From: Phoronis australis
Taxonomy: Eukaryota; Animalia; Phoronida
DNA: 64,000 bases
Assembly: GCA_002633005.1 (NCBI GenBank)
Contig: NMRA01000001.1
Span: forward strand, 3,762,102 to 3,826,101
Direction: 5' to 3'
This document shows positions 36,695 to 51,000 of the stretch, one piece after another; position 1 is the stretch's first letter; the number at the start of each line of letters is the position of its first letter. The notes under the pieces were generated by a model, which was not told where the DNA came from, did not search any database, and worked only from the letters and a program-made list of their open reading frames with translations. Both the position numbers and the translations under genes were made by a program.

Positions 36695-36857
36695 CAGGAG
36701 CGGATCCAGGATTTTGAGTTGGGGGGGGGGGCAGGGCAGAGTATTAGTTAAGATTCTGCCATTCAGACATTCCCACTCCCAAATGAACTGCCAGATGGAA
36801 TCCGGGAAAATTTTAGGGGGGCATGGCCCCTTTGGTTCCCCTCTAAATACGCCACTG
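36695..36857 (+). mobile_element. Second copy of the CAGG..GCGGATCCAGGA element
   Basis: Collinear similarity to 34208-34373. Confidence 0.7.
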
Positions 36858-36899
36858 TATACTATGTGTTTTGATCACGTTTCAATGAAATTGTTGCTT

Positions 36900-38148
36900 T
36901 ATAGAGCATAATCATCAAAATGGATCATGGAGAAGCAAACTAGGAGCGATATATCCACGAAACCAAACATTTGAACATTCTTCAAAAATTATTATAACAA
37001 TACTTCTCCTTGGCTAAATATTTTATGTGAAACTATTCCTAATATAAAAAATGACTCTTTTCAGTTGTGTTCTTGTTTTTCCCTTGAAGTAGCTAACCGT
37101 ACTAAGAGTATTTTTGGAAGGATATTTTTTATATCTTATTCGAATTTATCAGATAGATGACCTTTTGTACCAACCTGTATGGTATAACGCCAAAATTTGT
37201 ATAGTCCAATTTTTGTTACGAGTGGTTTCAAAAGAGTATACGATAGGTATACGATTTAATTGACCCTGATAAAGGATATATTTACGATTATCATACCTTT
37301 TGTACACGTTTTCAATTTTGCCCTTGTATTACACATTTTTTTGAATTCGAAGCTCAATACTTCGTTCTTGGAATCATCTAAGAGACAAGAGTACTATAGT
37401 CACTCTACTTTCTCCAGAACATATTTTTCGAATCTCCTCAAAAAATAAAGGGAGGGGAAAATCTATCAATTATTCATTTCCAAATTGTATGTAAAACCTG
37501 TCGAGGAATTGAAGTGGGAGAGAGAAATTAACTTATGCGATGATGTAATTTATCACTGTACTTCCGATGTCAGACTCAGATGGTTTCAATTCCGTATCAA
37601 CCACAGACATATTCGTACAAACTCTTATTGAAAGAAAATAGGTGTTAGTGAATCGTCTTTATGTTCTTTCTGTGCGCAACAAGAAGAAACAATTCTACAT
37701 TTGTATTGGGAATGTTCACTTGTTCAGAAGTTTTGGTAATGTTTAAAAACATGGATGATAAATCAGCGCGATTTCCCTCTGCAGTTAAATACGTCTACCG
37801 CCTTGTTTGGAGATCCAGCCTGTAGATTAGAAGTTGTAAATTCAATTCTTTGCTTAGCGAAATTTCACTTATATAGGCAAAGACTGCAAAAGGTTAAGCC
37901 CAATTTTCAGTCATTTTTACGTGAGGTATGTGATTACCCTAACCTGGAAAAAAATATTTACAATGATAAATTGGATCTTGAGAGATTCCAGGCAAGGTGG
38001 TCTTCTTTTTTTCCTTGAACTAGCTTTTATAGGGTTCAATAATGTTCGTAATTTGTTTGCTTTACTTGACTAGATTTAATATTGCTGTACAACTATGTAC
38101 TGGTTGGTTGAATTAATAAATGTTTCATTCAAGAAAAATAAAAAAAAA
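36900..38148 (+). mobile_element. 5'-truncated, decayed L1/Tx1-clade LINE (ORF2 C-terminus with CCHC zinc finger, 3' UTR, polyA)
   Basis: Translation at about 37572-37739: RLRWFQFRINHRHIRTNSY*KKIGVSESSLCSFCAQQEETILHLYWECSLVQKFW* (zf-RVT pattern); upstream FWKDI; downstream LAKFHLYR..FQARW; AATAAA at 38115 and A-rich tail 38131-38148. Confidence 0.85.
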
Positions 38149-39070
38149 TGCCACAATACGAAAAGCTTCACACACACCCTGGTGCCTGAACCACTACACC
38201 GTTGGTGGACGGTTGGGGCAAAATTAGGTGCCATCATGAGCTCCGATTACCGGTTTATTTCAATGTCATAATTACATGATAGCAAGAAAACTACCTCCTA
38301 CCAATTTGACAGCATTTTGAAAATGTTCACACGTGGTCTTGCGTTAAGTGCCTGGGTCGACGTGTAGTCGCTTTGCCGACTACATCCAGACCGTCATACG
38401 TACCAGCGGCCACTGATGCATTTCAGAGGTGGTGATGCACCACCAAAATAAAATTCAAACTAAAATACTCATGTTGAAGTCTGTTAAGTTTGAAAATATT
38501 TTGAGTTTTATTGAATGAGCAGTAGGCCTATTTATGCTTAGGTTTCGACTGAACTAACTTGTGTCAAAATGCGTTTTATGAAGTTTTTGCTAAAGTGACG
38601 GGAAGATTCAAATTCAGACATGTAGGCCTATTTTCAAAGAAAAAAAATGCGAATCGTCGTGAAGGTGAATTTCTTTCACTTTGTGCTTGTTTGTTCATAG
38701 TAGCCTATGGTTTTAGCCATACGAGCGTACTGATCTAACCGTGAAGGTACCTGTCGTTGTCTGCCCTTGATTCCCCATTGGACACCCAAGGCCCATCGGA
38801 AAAATCAAATCGGTTTCGTTCACAGTCAACGATTTTGGGTTAGACGGCGGACTATATTTGTGTTTATAGTTTCTCGTGACCTAATTGGTTAGAAGTAGGC
38901 TTCAATCTGACATGTTAGAGCTACCAAAGATTTATAGCATCTTTGGAGCCACCCAAGGTCATTTAAAAGACGGCGACCAAAAGCCAGAAGTTTGCAATTC
39001 TGAAATTAGAAACAACCAACAGATGTCACTCTGTATCCAACTGCATTGTGGGTATTGCACCACAAGCAAA

Positions 39071-42000
39071 ATGGTGGACTCCAAGGTACACGCGTGCAAA
39101 TGTATATATTTTACCGGCATTTGTTTTAAAATTGTGTTTGTTGACTCTAACTGAATCGTCAAGACGCTTGTTATCTGTGTGATTTATGTGTATTTAATTT
39201 TACAGGTTGCAGTCGTGTTAAAGGAGTTTGCCACAAATCTAAGTTCGTCGAAAGTAAATGCAAGAATTCGACACGTTGAAAATGTGACCGCCTGTCTTTC
39301 TGACCCAGGTGAGATTCACTGTGATTGCCGGAGTAAAAATCGGGTGTAAGGAGAACCAGTTAGTTCCACTGAATAATGCCAGTAGGGCACTGGTTGGATA
39401 TAGTGATTCAGAAACTAGTAGTGCTACTCAAATATGTTGGCTCGTCTTGTTGGTTTTGTTGTATTACTGCAGGTTCACTAGTTAGGCCTCTAGAAGTACT
39501 CACCAGTTAAAACACAGCTATTCAAGCTTCAGGTAAAACCCAATCCAGGTGCCCATCCCTGACATCCTGATTGCTTGCTGAAAGACTGCCAGCAGGATTC
39601 CCGCCAGCAGTTTAAATAAAACAAGCATCCGGGGAACCATAAAACTGACAAATCACAAGACACCACAGAAAGATAAAGGACGAATGATGTTGACGATTAC
39701 AACATTCCCCTCCTCCTAAAAAAGTGTGGGGCCCACCTGGGAATCAACATCATTCGCCACATACAAAAAACTTCCCAAAAATTTAACCATATCCCCCCTT
39801 ACCAAAAATAAAGCACTGCTAAATAGACCAAGAGTGTTAGAATGACAAGGACGGTTCCCCTAGAAGCAGAGAATAATGCACACAGGTTAAATATAGAAGT
39901 AACAAAAATAATAATAAGAGTTCAGAGTGCCAGCACATCCCAAACACATGAAGTAACTCATAAAGAGAAAACCTAGCAGGATCCCAACCCACCCCCCAGG
40001 GCGGGAGAGCAGTCACCTAACGGAAAAAGTTCTCGCTAGGGAGACTCCCCGGACTTGTAGTTGCAAAAGGGTATAGGACACGTGCATTTCTAGTGGAGTT
40101 CTCAAAATAAACCCTGCACTANAGTTAGGCCTCTAGAAGTACTCACCAGTTAAAACACAGCTATTCAAGCTTCAGGTAAAACCCAATCCAGGTGCCCATC
40201 CCTGACATCCTGATTGCTTGCTGAAAGACTGCCAGCAGGATTCCCACCAGCAGTTTAAATAAAACAAGCATCCGGGGAACCATAAAACTGACAAATCACA
40301 AGACACCACAGAAAGATAAAGGACGAATGATGTTGACGATTACAACAGTTTTGATAATGGGAATGGCGGGGTTTTCAAAGAAATTTGAAGTGATTAATGT
40401 GCTATTTCACAGTTGTTCCAAAACATACCTGGATTAGTATCATAATTATCCCCTTTTCTGAACACACTCTGATTGAAGGTAGCATTACAAGTAAGTCTTA
40501 CTGATCATAACATCGTATAATGTCTATTATTCAGTTGGTGGAAGGCAGGGGTATAGAAATGCACTAGTCCAAGGAAACGGACCTGTGAAATTAGGCCTGT
40601 GTTTTGTGAAATGTTCGAGCTGGCTTATCCGATGTCTAGGGAGTAGTGAATCGGGGTAGTGAAGTACATTGCCTAAGTAGCCCGACGCCTTAGGCTTAAT
40701 AGCACAGCCCCCATAGTGCCGTCGATGACTGAGGAGTCAACATACCGTGACGAACTTGGGGAATACACACACGGTGCATGCCCGGCTGAAAAGGGGATTC
40801 CAATTTGTTTCCCAGCAAATGGAAAAACCCAAACACACAGAAATACCTCGACGACATGCAGCCTTTGCGAACAACACGACAATCGACTGTGATAATTCCT
40901 AAACTGAATCGTGATTGGTCGACGGGTGTACTGGATTATATCATCTGTCGAATGTCATATGCTCAGAAGCAGCATGGCAAGCGGGTAAAAAAATGAAATG
41001 ATTCCCTCTCAAAACGATTTGTAGTTGATTAGAGTATTCAGACAGACAGCAATAGAAAATTTTAATGTTTTAGTGTCACACCTACCAACACGTGAAGATG
41101 GCGCTAGCTGTACACTAGGCGTAATGTAAGCCGTTACCACTTAATCCATTTATTGTATTACTGCGGTACCACTTTAAACTGTCGTAACTTAATTAACATT
41201 CGGTCAGAATTTTAGTATCCATGTGGTCGGGGGGAAAAATGTAGAATTTGGTTTCCAATATCAGTTTTACATCACTAATACTCTTTTCGTAAGTAACGAA
41301 CTTTAAATTTCACTCTTTTTTCCAACTTTACACTCAATCGTGATACGTGCCGGTCACGTCATCAACGTCAAGAGACATCTAGTGATGGATTTTTCGTATG
41401 GTAATCGCGCTTCAATTTTGCAAAAAGATAAAATTTCTCGTTACATTGTTAAAATACTTAAATTTTTATCAAATTTTTGATTCATGATAACTAAGCTGTT
41501 CAGTATTGCCCTCTTTTTGATGAATAAAAGACACATCAGCTTCTTCGTGGGTCGTCAATGGTTACCAGTGGCATGAAAAGGCAGGACCAGTAGATTATTT
41601 TTTACTGGTCCTGACCAGTGAAGTCCAAGAATATTTCTATACCCCTGAAAGGTACACCATTAGCTCCCTGTGTTTATTTTTCTGTTGATTTGTAGCCCTT
41701 TCATGAGCTGAGTGTGAATGTTCAAACAGAGCTGTGGATAAATATCCTTGTGGGCCATTGTGTAGTAGGATTGTCTCAAAAAACTATCCAAATTTTACTA
41801 TGGCTGTTGAAGCAACATAAAGAATTTCAAATGTGTTAGACTGGTAAAGTCACAGGCCTTGATTTCAGCGAATGTCTGGCAGATGATGGACGAGAATTGG
41901 CGATTTGTTAAAAAATCACAAGAACACAACGGATTTTGGTGTTTAGTAGCTGACGAGAACACTCGACAGACTTGTGATGATGACAGCATGGAAAAGACTG

Positions 42001-45000
42001 ATGGTAACTTTAGTATATGGCAACACTGGTGACACCCCGACGATGACTTTGTGATAGCTTTGTGACAACCTACCTTAACAAAATGGACATCTGAAGACAT
42101 AGCTTGTACAACAAGCACGTGATTCTCTGTCAATCATTTTTGCAGGTTTCCCTGAAAATGCTCTAAAAGGCGTATTCAAGTGCCTAGTGGCTGCTCTGGG
42201 CTACTGTGTAGATAAGAAATCTCGACAAGCCTGTCGGAGGTTGGTAGAACGAGCGGCAATACTCTACCCAGCCACGACATTGACTTCTGTTGCAGCTTCT
42301 TTGAAAGATGTAGCCAACTTTTTAAAGAAATGCTTACCGTAGTAAGTTTCTTTATAGCTTTCATTGGTTGATAAATCATGCAGGTCTGTTTTCTGTCGTG
42401 TGATTGAAATTATTTTTTTTCTGCAACTGAGTGTTTTTTCTTTGCATTAATTTCATAGAATGAGTTTGCTTTCGTTTCACAACTGAATTTGTTTGCTTGT
42501 AAACAAAACCTTTACAACCAGCTGTGTTAGCTTTGTCATGCCTTGTATTATTACGTGATCAATTTGGTTTTTGGGAATAGTGAGGTGGATAGTTCTTACT
42601 TTTATACATCATCATAGTGCCCTGTATTCATGGGACAGAGAGCTGGAAGCTGTTACATCATTTCATATAATGATTCGACAATAAACTTGCCTCCCCTACT
42701 ATCATGAAATTGGTCTCAAGTTGTTCCACAAACAAAAATGCAAGTGATTCCAGATCTACAGAAGAACTGACAGTTTGTTATAAATTGACACCGGGCTCTT
42801 GAAGTTGGGATATCACGGCATGTCATTTTTTGTACCGAGCGTGGTCTTAAGGAATAACGAACTATGGGCTTATGGCCACTTTAAGTTACTTTATCGTTTT
42901 CTATTCTTGTGTCCTTCAGCAAAGCCTTCGCTGGCCTTGGCCTTACAGTGTTGTCTTGGCTGTGCAGTGTCGTATTGAATGCAGTGAAGACTGTTGAGTG
43001 CATGCAGAGCAACGAATTTAAGAAACTGGTGAGTTTATTGGTCAAGCTGGATCTTAATGCGTGTGTGTTAGTTAGCTCATGTTGGACAAGGTGTATTCTG
43101 TGCTTTTAGGATTTGAAGAACCTAATTGATATACATGAGCTCTAATTGTTTTACGCAACTTTTGATTTTTTCTTGAAAATCGTAAAAGTCTTACCTTTGA
43201 TTGCACCTCAAACAAAAGTGGAACATTTTAAAAACAATTCCTTACATCAATTTTGAGAACAGTGCATAAAGTACAACGTCTGAAAGTTTCCTGTAAATGC
43301 GGGTAGCCATTTTTGAGATGTGATGTACCAAAATTAGTCGCAATTTTCTAGGTTCCTTCATAACCTTAAGCAATGTTTTTTTCAAAATGGTTTCAACAGA
43401 GTTGCGCTCCTAGATTAGCCATTTTCCGAAAAAGATTGCCTTGGGCTCTTATTGAAAACTATGGCTATGATTCATGTCTTGGGCTGGAGCCCATTTTTTT
43501 GTCCTTTCATACAGCTATTGAGCCTTCCTAAACACACTTGATAACGTCTTTGACTGATTACTTCTACAAGAAGATTCGCTGCTGGTCTCTTGAGTTTATC
43601 CAGTTCGAAGTTTGGGATTCCTTCTTGATCTGATTAGCATTATGTAGAACTTAAACATGTAATGCAAATGTTTTTGATGTTACTTTTACACAATATAAAA
43701 GTCGTTGGTTATCTTGGAGAGACATTTTCCACCGTTAATTACTGTTCTCCTTGCCCTGCATCAAGCATGTCACAAAAGAAAGTAATGTGAATGGCTCAAC
43801 TGAGGGCTTGCTCTCCTTTGAATGAGGAAATGCACAATGCGTCGCTCACGATTGAACAATATCTGTCAGTCATTGTTTTTGATCAATGGAAGTTATTTTT
43901 TTTAAACAGAAATGTGTGTTTTCAATATTTCCTGTATTGGCCTTTTTCTCATTTGGACTCCCTTCAATCACAACTGCCTTTATCGAGTGATGGCTGTGGT
44001 GACCTGATCATTATACTAGGATTAATGAACTCTTATATGAACTGTAAGAGTCTCTGTTTTTTAAGGTTGAACTGCAGTGCATAGCAGTGAGTGCTGCCCT
44101 GGGTGTAGTGCACAAGCAGTTGAACCTGTCAGCTGTGAGGAAGATGGAGAGGATATGGAACCAGGTCAGATGTTGTTATCGCGGAATTGCAATATGTATT
44201 TTACAAGTTGTTTTTGCAACATCACAATCATTTCATATTGCCACAATTGTTTTTTGCAACACTACAAGGATTTCACATTGCCACTATTGTTTATTTTGTT
44301 GTAGATTTAATGTTTGAAAAAGAGTGTTACATGACGTGAAAACATGGTTCTACAATTGCAGCATGACACGTGACAATGCGCCGCCCTTGTTGTTATCCAG
44401 CATTTAACTTTTCTGCAACCAGGTCCGGAGGAACAAAGTTTTTAATATTTCTTACCATTTCAAATCACTTAAACTTCTGTGCTGTTGTGGTTTGGTTCTC
44501 ATGTTTTGTTGGTCGGAGACCACCTTTCAATACGGCATCATTACAGTGCTACACTACACATTGTTGTTAGATTTGAATAGTGATAAAGTTGATACAGACA
44601 AGTACATCTGTGATTGTGTGAATGTAGTATTCTCTACTTTAAAAAGCGGTCTATTCTAATTTATTCAGATTCCGGGGTCGGCCGAGTGTTACGCTAAGCT
44701 GGTGACTGCTATGGAACCAGCCATGAGCAACCTGGGAATGATGGACATTTTAATGAATTATTTCTCTGTCATGAAGTTGGCTGACAAAATATTCATCTAC
44801 TCGCCCATGTGTGTGGATCACTACCTGAAAGTAGTTCTGGCGACCAGGATAAAGCTACCACTTCATGTTCTGGTAAGTCCATCAAGATGTTGAATTGAGC
44901 CAAAAGCTAACATAATGGGTACTGGTCTGTGGTTTTTGAGATTTGTTGGGTTGATGGAGTAGTGTTTTAGTTGTACATTTTTTCAAAGCAGTCATGTCTC

Positions 45001-48000
45001 CTGATATGATTGTCAGTGGTGAGGGATTTTTTGTTTCCAACTTCAGCGGTCTGGTAACGTGATTGGCTGTCAAGGGGTCAAGGAGTTAGGTGATCTTTGG
45101 AGCACTTACCTTTGAAAACCTGTTCTTGATTGATTAAGGTCGTAAAAGAGATGTTTAATTTTTTCAATAAACTGATGTAAGGGGCCCAGTGAGGCATTGG
45201 TTTCAATATGAGTCGGGCGCAGTCCAGAATCACTTACGCTATTTTTTGGCCGTAATTAGAGATTTCTAAATTGTTATTACTTGTCCCAATGTTTACTGCT
45301 TGGCATGCTGGTGGCACATTTGTATTACAAGTTCTTTTGGGAGATCTTGTATTCAGTCTGTTGTTGGTAGTTTTTGGTTGACGTGTTTAAGTGGAGAAGT
45401 AGTTGTAAGCAATGTTGGTCAAGATGGTTGTCTGATTAATGCAGCGGGGTGGTTTTCAATGAGAAGCGTTGTGCAGTCTAGCTCTGGAAACTGTTTGAGA
45501 ATTTATGGAATTATTGTGTTATCATTACCCTTTGAAATACATTGCTCAAGTTTTAACACAGTCTTAAATATTTTCATAGAGACAGTGCCAGTCCCAGCTT
45601 CAAGTGGTTACCCATGCTGTGTTTAAAGACAAGATACTGCCAGCTGTTCAAAAGTCACTGCTAAGGAACCCTGAGATTGTACTGGCGACTGTGGGTGATC
45701 TACTGGCCAGTTTAGCCATAGACCTTAGCCAGTATGCTGAGGACCTCTGTAAACCACTGAGTAGTATGTATTCTGGTCCTGTCTGTGTGTTTGTATTTGC
45801 ATGGGGATTTTCTATTTGGTAATCGGAGACTTTCACGAGGCATTGGAGCCTGGTATTTCTGTTAGGATTTGTGTTCCGTGTCAAACACGGTTAAGTTGAA
45901 AAATCTTCGTGTCAGTATTCATGCAATTACCGTGTTAAGGTGAAGTCCAGAAGTCCAACTGTAATCCAAACCATTTGGGTTTGTGTTTGTCCACTTTGCG
46001 ATAACTGATTCATTTTGAAAGTTGATATATCTGCAACATTGTAACTCCACTGATTGGTACACATGATTGTGATACTTGTGAAAATGACATGTGGGTTTGT
46101 TGTTTTATCATGATGATTTTGACTTCCTCATGATGACGTTTGGCTATGCTTCTAATGGGCGACTCAAAGGTCGCTGTAATACTATTGAAGAAAGACCCCT
46201 CTTCTTAACATCTGAATAGACTGAAAGCAAAAAGCAGTCAATGAGAGTGGTGTCATTTTTGGGATGAGGGTCTTGCATGATTATTCGACTGCAGGCATTT
46301 CTATGATTAGACCCCTTGCTAAACTAGTGCCTCCTGATGAAGTTCAAGTTCCCCACTGCTTAGATCTGGTGTAATCTGTGCAATGTACTGCGATCATTGT
46401 AGTTTTCATTTTATAGTCATAACCCCACCATGTTACTTTGACATTTTGGTATCCGAGTATAAGTTTGTCTAGGTTTTCTGTTTCTGAATCTTAATGTGGA
46501 TTTCAGGGCATAATCTGCGCTTATAGGGAATTAAAGTTTATGACATTTCTGATTTTGTTTCATTCAAACCAAGTTGAACCAACACTCTCTGTTTTTCAGC
46601 TCAGTTACACGCTAACGAGGAGCTCACACGCAGAGAGGCAGCTGACGCATTCAAAAGTCTCAGCAAGCAATGTAGTGACTCTGGCGCAGTCGAGAAGGTG
46701 GTGCGGCACATGTTTAAGGTGTTGAATGGTAGGTAGGCAGCAGCACTAGCCAATGTGGTGTTCCTTTGTTTTTATCAAGTGGTCACACTTTTAGAACTTT
46801 TAGTGAGTAGCTCGTGTGTTGTTTTATTCCTAAAACCATCTCTTGTTTTTAAAGTGATCAAAGCAACTGAGATGACACTTCAAATGTGTTTACTTGAAAC
46901 TAACTTAAACTGCAGCTGTAAGATTAAGCTGTGATGTTCCATTCATAAAGAATAAGCCTGAATGCATGCCGTTAACCAGTGGGTGTGAATTTTGAAATTT
47001 GTGAACCTTAGTCTTTAAGGCTTCCTTCTCTATAATCACCTACTCTTCCCTTGCCCCTGACCACATTATATACTGGCATTCCTGTTATGCATTTCGACTC
47101 TAAAATTACAATTCACGATATACCAGTTTGAAACAACTGCCACGATTGAAACGAACCTCAACTGGCGGTGAGGGGTGTATGTGCAAGGTTTACCCAGCTT
47201 CAACTACTTAGCAAAATTCAGCAGTTTGGGGCAGTGAAAACGTTTTGTTCAAGGTTGGAACTTTTACCAAATTTTAGAAGTCTTCAAAGATTGGCCTTTC
47301 CAAGAAGTGTGGTGAACAACTATCGATCCTTCGTAGTTTGGGGATGTTTGTAAATGTTGCATTTGCGGCTGTTTTCAAAGGATTTTGTTTGCTATCAAGT
47401 CCGTTATAGACTGTCCCCAAAACCCTGTGTTTGACAATTGAGAAATGTAAATCACACATTTCTCAATCAAGGAAATGGAAAATGTGTTCATGAAGTTGTA
47501 AATATTAGGTGCAAATGTGTGTTTTCAATATATTCAGAATCCATTTGACCTTGTTTTCATTGTGCATAGGTTCGGAGGGCAAGTTAACAGTGACTGTGCA
47601 GCGTGTTGACATGTTGACTGGTATAGGCAACATGGCCGGCCACACAGTAGCTGGAGGTCAGTCTGTGGCTACACTGAGTAGTGAAGTGGTGGAGATGTTC
47701 ATACCATTCCTACAACAGGAGGGTGAGTGATTGCCAATACGCTGATCATCCAGAAGGGAAACTGCTTCTTTTATGTCGAAAACTATCATCTCTACCATTC
47801 CTCAGATTAGAGGTGTGTCTTGGCTCAACATGAGCTGACAAATTTTTACTGAATATTGATTTTTTTAAGTTGGAATTGACGTGTCATCACTTTATGTACC
47901 AAAAGTAACACGTTTGTCTATTGAATTGCAATATGATGGTTCTGTTACCACTTATGCAGTAGGATTAGTTGCTTTTGAGGATTTAGAAGCAAAGTTTGCA

Positions 48001-51000
48001 ATGAAATTCCAAGAAAATTTTGTTGGATGAAACTAGACAAGTACAAACTGTTGTGGAAATTAATGCAAATATTGTTAAGAATATTTTGAATGGAGATTAC
48101 ATCTTAGTTAGGTGGCAATTAATAAATGATGATATGCGCGGAGAGTTCTAATTTGCTGCTTTCAGTTTTATGAATATTGCTCTGCAAACTATGCACTGGT
48201 ACTCATGTTGTATTGGATCACCTTTCATATCAACATCATCATAACAGTGCTACACCAACTAGGGATGGTTTATGGCGATTGTATCTGATTACCGATAAAA
48301 TTGTTACCGACTGTCATACAAGTTCTTCTGAGTTTGAAATCATTTATCAACATAAGTTTATGCTTATTAATTTATTATTTTAATTTTGTTATGTCAGGTT
48401 GTCCCAAAAATGTTCACAAAAATATTCTAAAAACATGTGTACCAAGATATTTTTTCTTTATTACTGAGGTGATTGTCTTATTCAAAGAATCCTAAAGTTT
48501 ATTGTACACTGCTTAAAACATACAAAAGTGCCACAGTTTACACCTAAAATTTTCAAGATACAACCAGTTGTGCAGCTCTAGACCTGATATCGAGGATTTT
48601 TTAACAAAATCTGATCATCATGAAAATTGGATGGTGCTTTTCTGTTAACAAGAGCGTGTCTTTTGGATAGATCGTACTTCTGCTGTTAGTACAGTTTTTC
48701 GTTTTTGAGCCCGACTAAAAAATTCCCTGGTTGGATTTTAATAAAATTTGACTGTCCAAATTTTATATCAGTCATTGAACTTGCAGAGTATCAACATTAT
48801 TGTTAACATTTTTGACAAGATGGATGGTTGCTTGAAAATAGTATACATTTTGTGAATTCGTTGACGTCTTTTTTATGCATGCTGACCATGTTTGTTTATT
48901 TGCAGTTCATGAGGGCACCCTTGTTCACGCTGTGAAGATGTTGACACTGTGGTGTACCAGATTCACAAACACAGTCCCCATGAAACTGATGGAATGGTTC
49001 AAGGTACTGTTCTCACACAGGCTCCTGGGATTTTCTAAATAAGTCGTCGAAATTTTATTTTTGTTTCATTGAGATATATTACTAGGTTTCTTTTCTTTTC
49101 TGATTTGTTAGATGCATTGGTTTTCTGAATATATCCTGAACACCTAAAGCTTTATGGAGTGCATAATTGTCAACTCGATAATTTGTATGACAGCATGCTG
49201 AACTAAGTTGAATGTCGATGGAATCGGTTGTAACTGGCATACGCGTGCATGCTCTGCAAATTATGCACTGGTACTCATGTTGTATTGGACCACCTTTCAA
49301 GGCAACATCATCATAACAGTGCTACACCAACAAGTGATGGTTTATGGCGATTGTATCTGAATACCGATAAAATTGTTACCGACTGTCATACAAGGACTTC
49401 CTTAATGTGCGAATTTAGTTTTCTTTAGATATTGTTTAAGTGATAGACTGAATCTGAAAATCAATCATTTTGATTCCTTTGATATTATTTTCATGAAATA
49501 TAAGTCATTTTGTGTGTTATCTAGGTAAAGCTGGGTTGGTAACTACAATTACTTGTAACATAAATGCATCTACTTTACAGACAGCTATGGTGGCTAAGTC
49601 GTCAACATCACCAGTACGGGACGCTTACTTGCAGTGTATGGGGGTTACCTTTACTGGTAAGTGGACATGGATAGAACTACACCTTCTTGTATGATGTTTG
49701 TAGCCTCTTAGCACCGTGTTAGTAAACATTTTGGTTACCGCTCGTGAAGTGCCCTCTGCTTACCTTTGAAAATTTTTGGATTAAGCAAACAGACATTAGA
49801 TGTCTGAAAAGTTTAGACGTCTAGTCTATCTGGCCAGAGCCTCAATCCTGTTAAGTTTTTCACTGTGTTAATGGTGATTGTATGTGCAGCCACGCTTCTG
49901 TAATGATGCAACAATCTGATAGTATTTAAGGTTTGTAGTGACCTAGAAAAATGTCCAAATCTGGCTAATTTCGGAATATCATATCTTACAAACGGCTAAT
50001 TGGATTCTCATGAAACTCAAAGACTGTTTCCTAAATGGCTATTAGGAATTGTTTTTAAAATGTTCCACTTTTGCGTGAGCGGCTATAAAAAAAGGACTTT
50101 TATAATTTTTATGAAAAAACTTTTTGAAGTTGCATGAAACAAAATGATATTTTAGAAAACTTACAGCGTTTTTGATATCTCACCTTGAACATTTATATCC
50201 AATAAAATTTATAAGGTTATTGATACAGTTGTTTTGTTTTCAATGTACCTTTCTTTTTTGCTAAATATAATAAACATAATCACGTGAAAGTCAAAAATTT
50301 AAATTCTGCAGGCTTTCTACTTTCAGAAAATACATACTTTTAAAATTTACAGTTTTGTGGAATTTTGCCTATATATGGAGACCTGTCCTACATAAATACA
50401 AAATTAATAATTCCTTGCAGGAGACAGTCTCATTCAGGGAGTGGAGGTGATGCCACTGTTGCTGCAAGTCGTACAGAAGGCCAAGGCCCAGCCCACTATA
50501 TCTGGCCTGGTGTCGGAGGCCGTCACGGCATCCTTGATCTGTATCAGGCTGTCTTCAGCTGACATCTCCGCAGGTAAAAGCAACACATGTGTCAGCATGT
50601 GTATTGTATGCGTTCATGTCTGTATATAGAGGGAAAGTGAACAGTTACTGGCTAATTGGCTGGTGACTTTTTCTGTGTGATTTCACCTCTGGTGCTTTGG
50701 ACAGTGAAGAAGGTTGTAGTGAAATAAAAAGTCAAAGGGACGTCAAGATAATGTTGAAGTTAGGTCAATTGTCTAAAAAGTTCTGAGTTGATAGCATTTC
50801 TGAAATGAAGTTCGGAATCTCCGTGTCACCTGTTTGTAATCAGTCAAATTGGTTATAGAAGCGCGCTCTGTCCAGTCGATGGACTTAATTGTGTATTGAG
50901 GTGAATGATTAGATGCGAAAACTTACAAAGCATGACTTCTGGAACTTAGTAGTACTATAAAGTAAATTTCCCGACGCCTGGTTCCTACTAGGAATTGATG

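Noticed and set aside
40705-40762. Hammerhead-like CTGAGGA-GTCA..TGAC-GAA
   Set aside because: Core reads GAAC rather than GAAA, there is no valid UH cleavage triplet, and stem I is inconsistent.
42755-42870. Similarity with 51915-52025 as another snoRNA pair
   Set aside because: The shared core is in opposite orientations and resembles MITE subterminal sequence (CTTAAG..ACGAACT); no snoRNA boxes.
46108-46220. ATGATGA...CTGA in GCN1 intron 7
   Set aside because: No convincing terminal stem, recognisable guide or paralog; cannot be supported without a covariance search.
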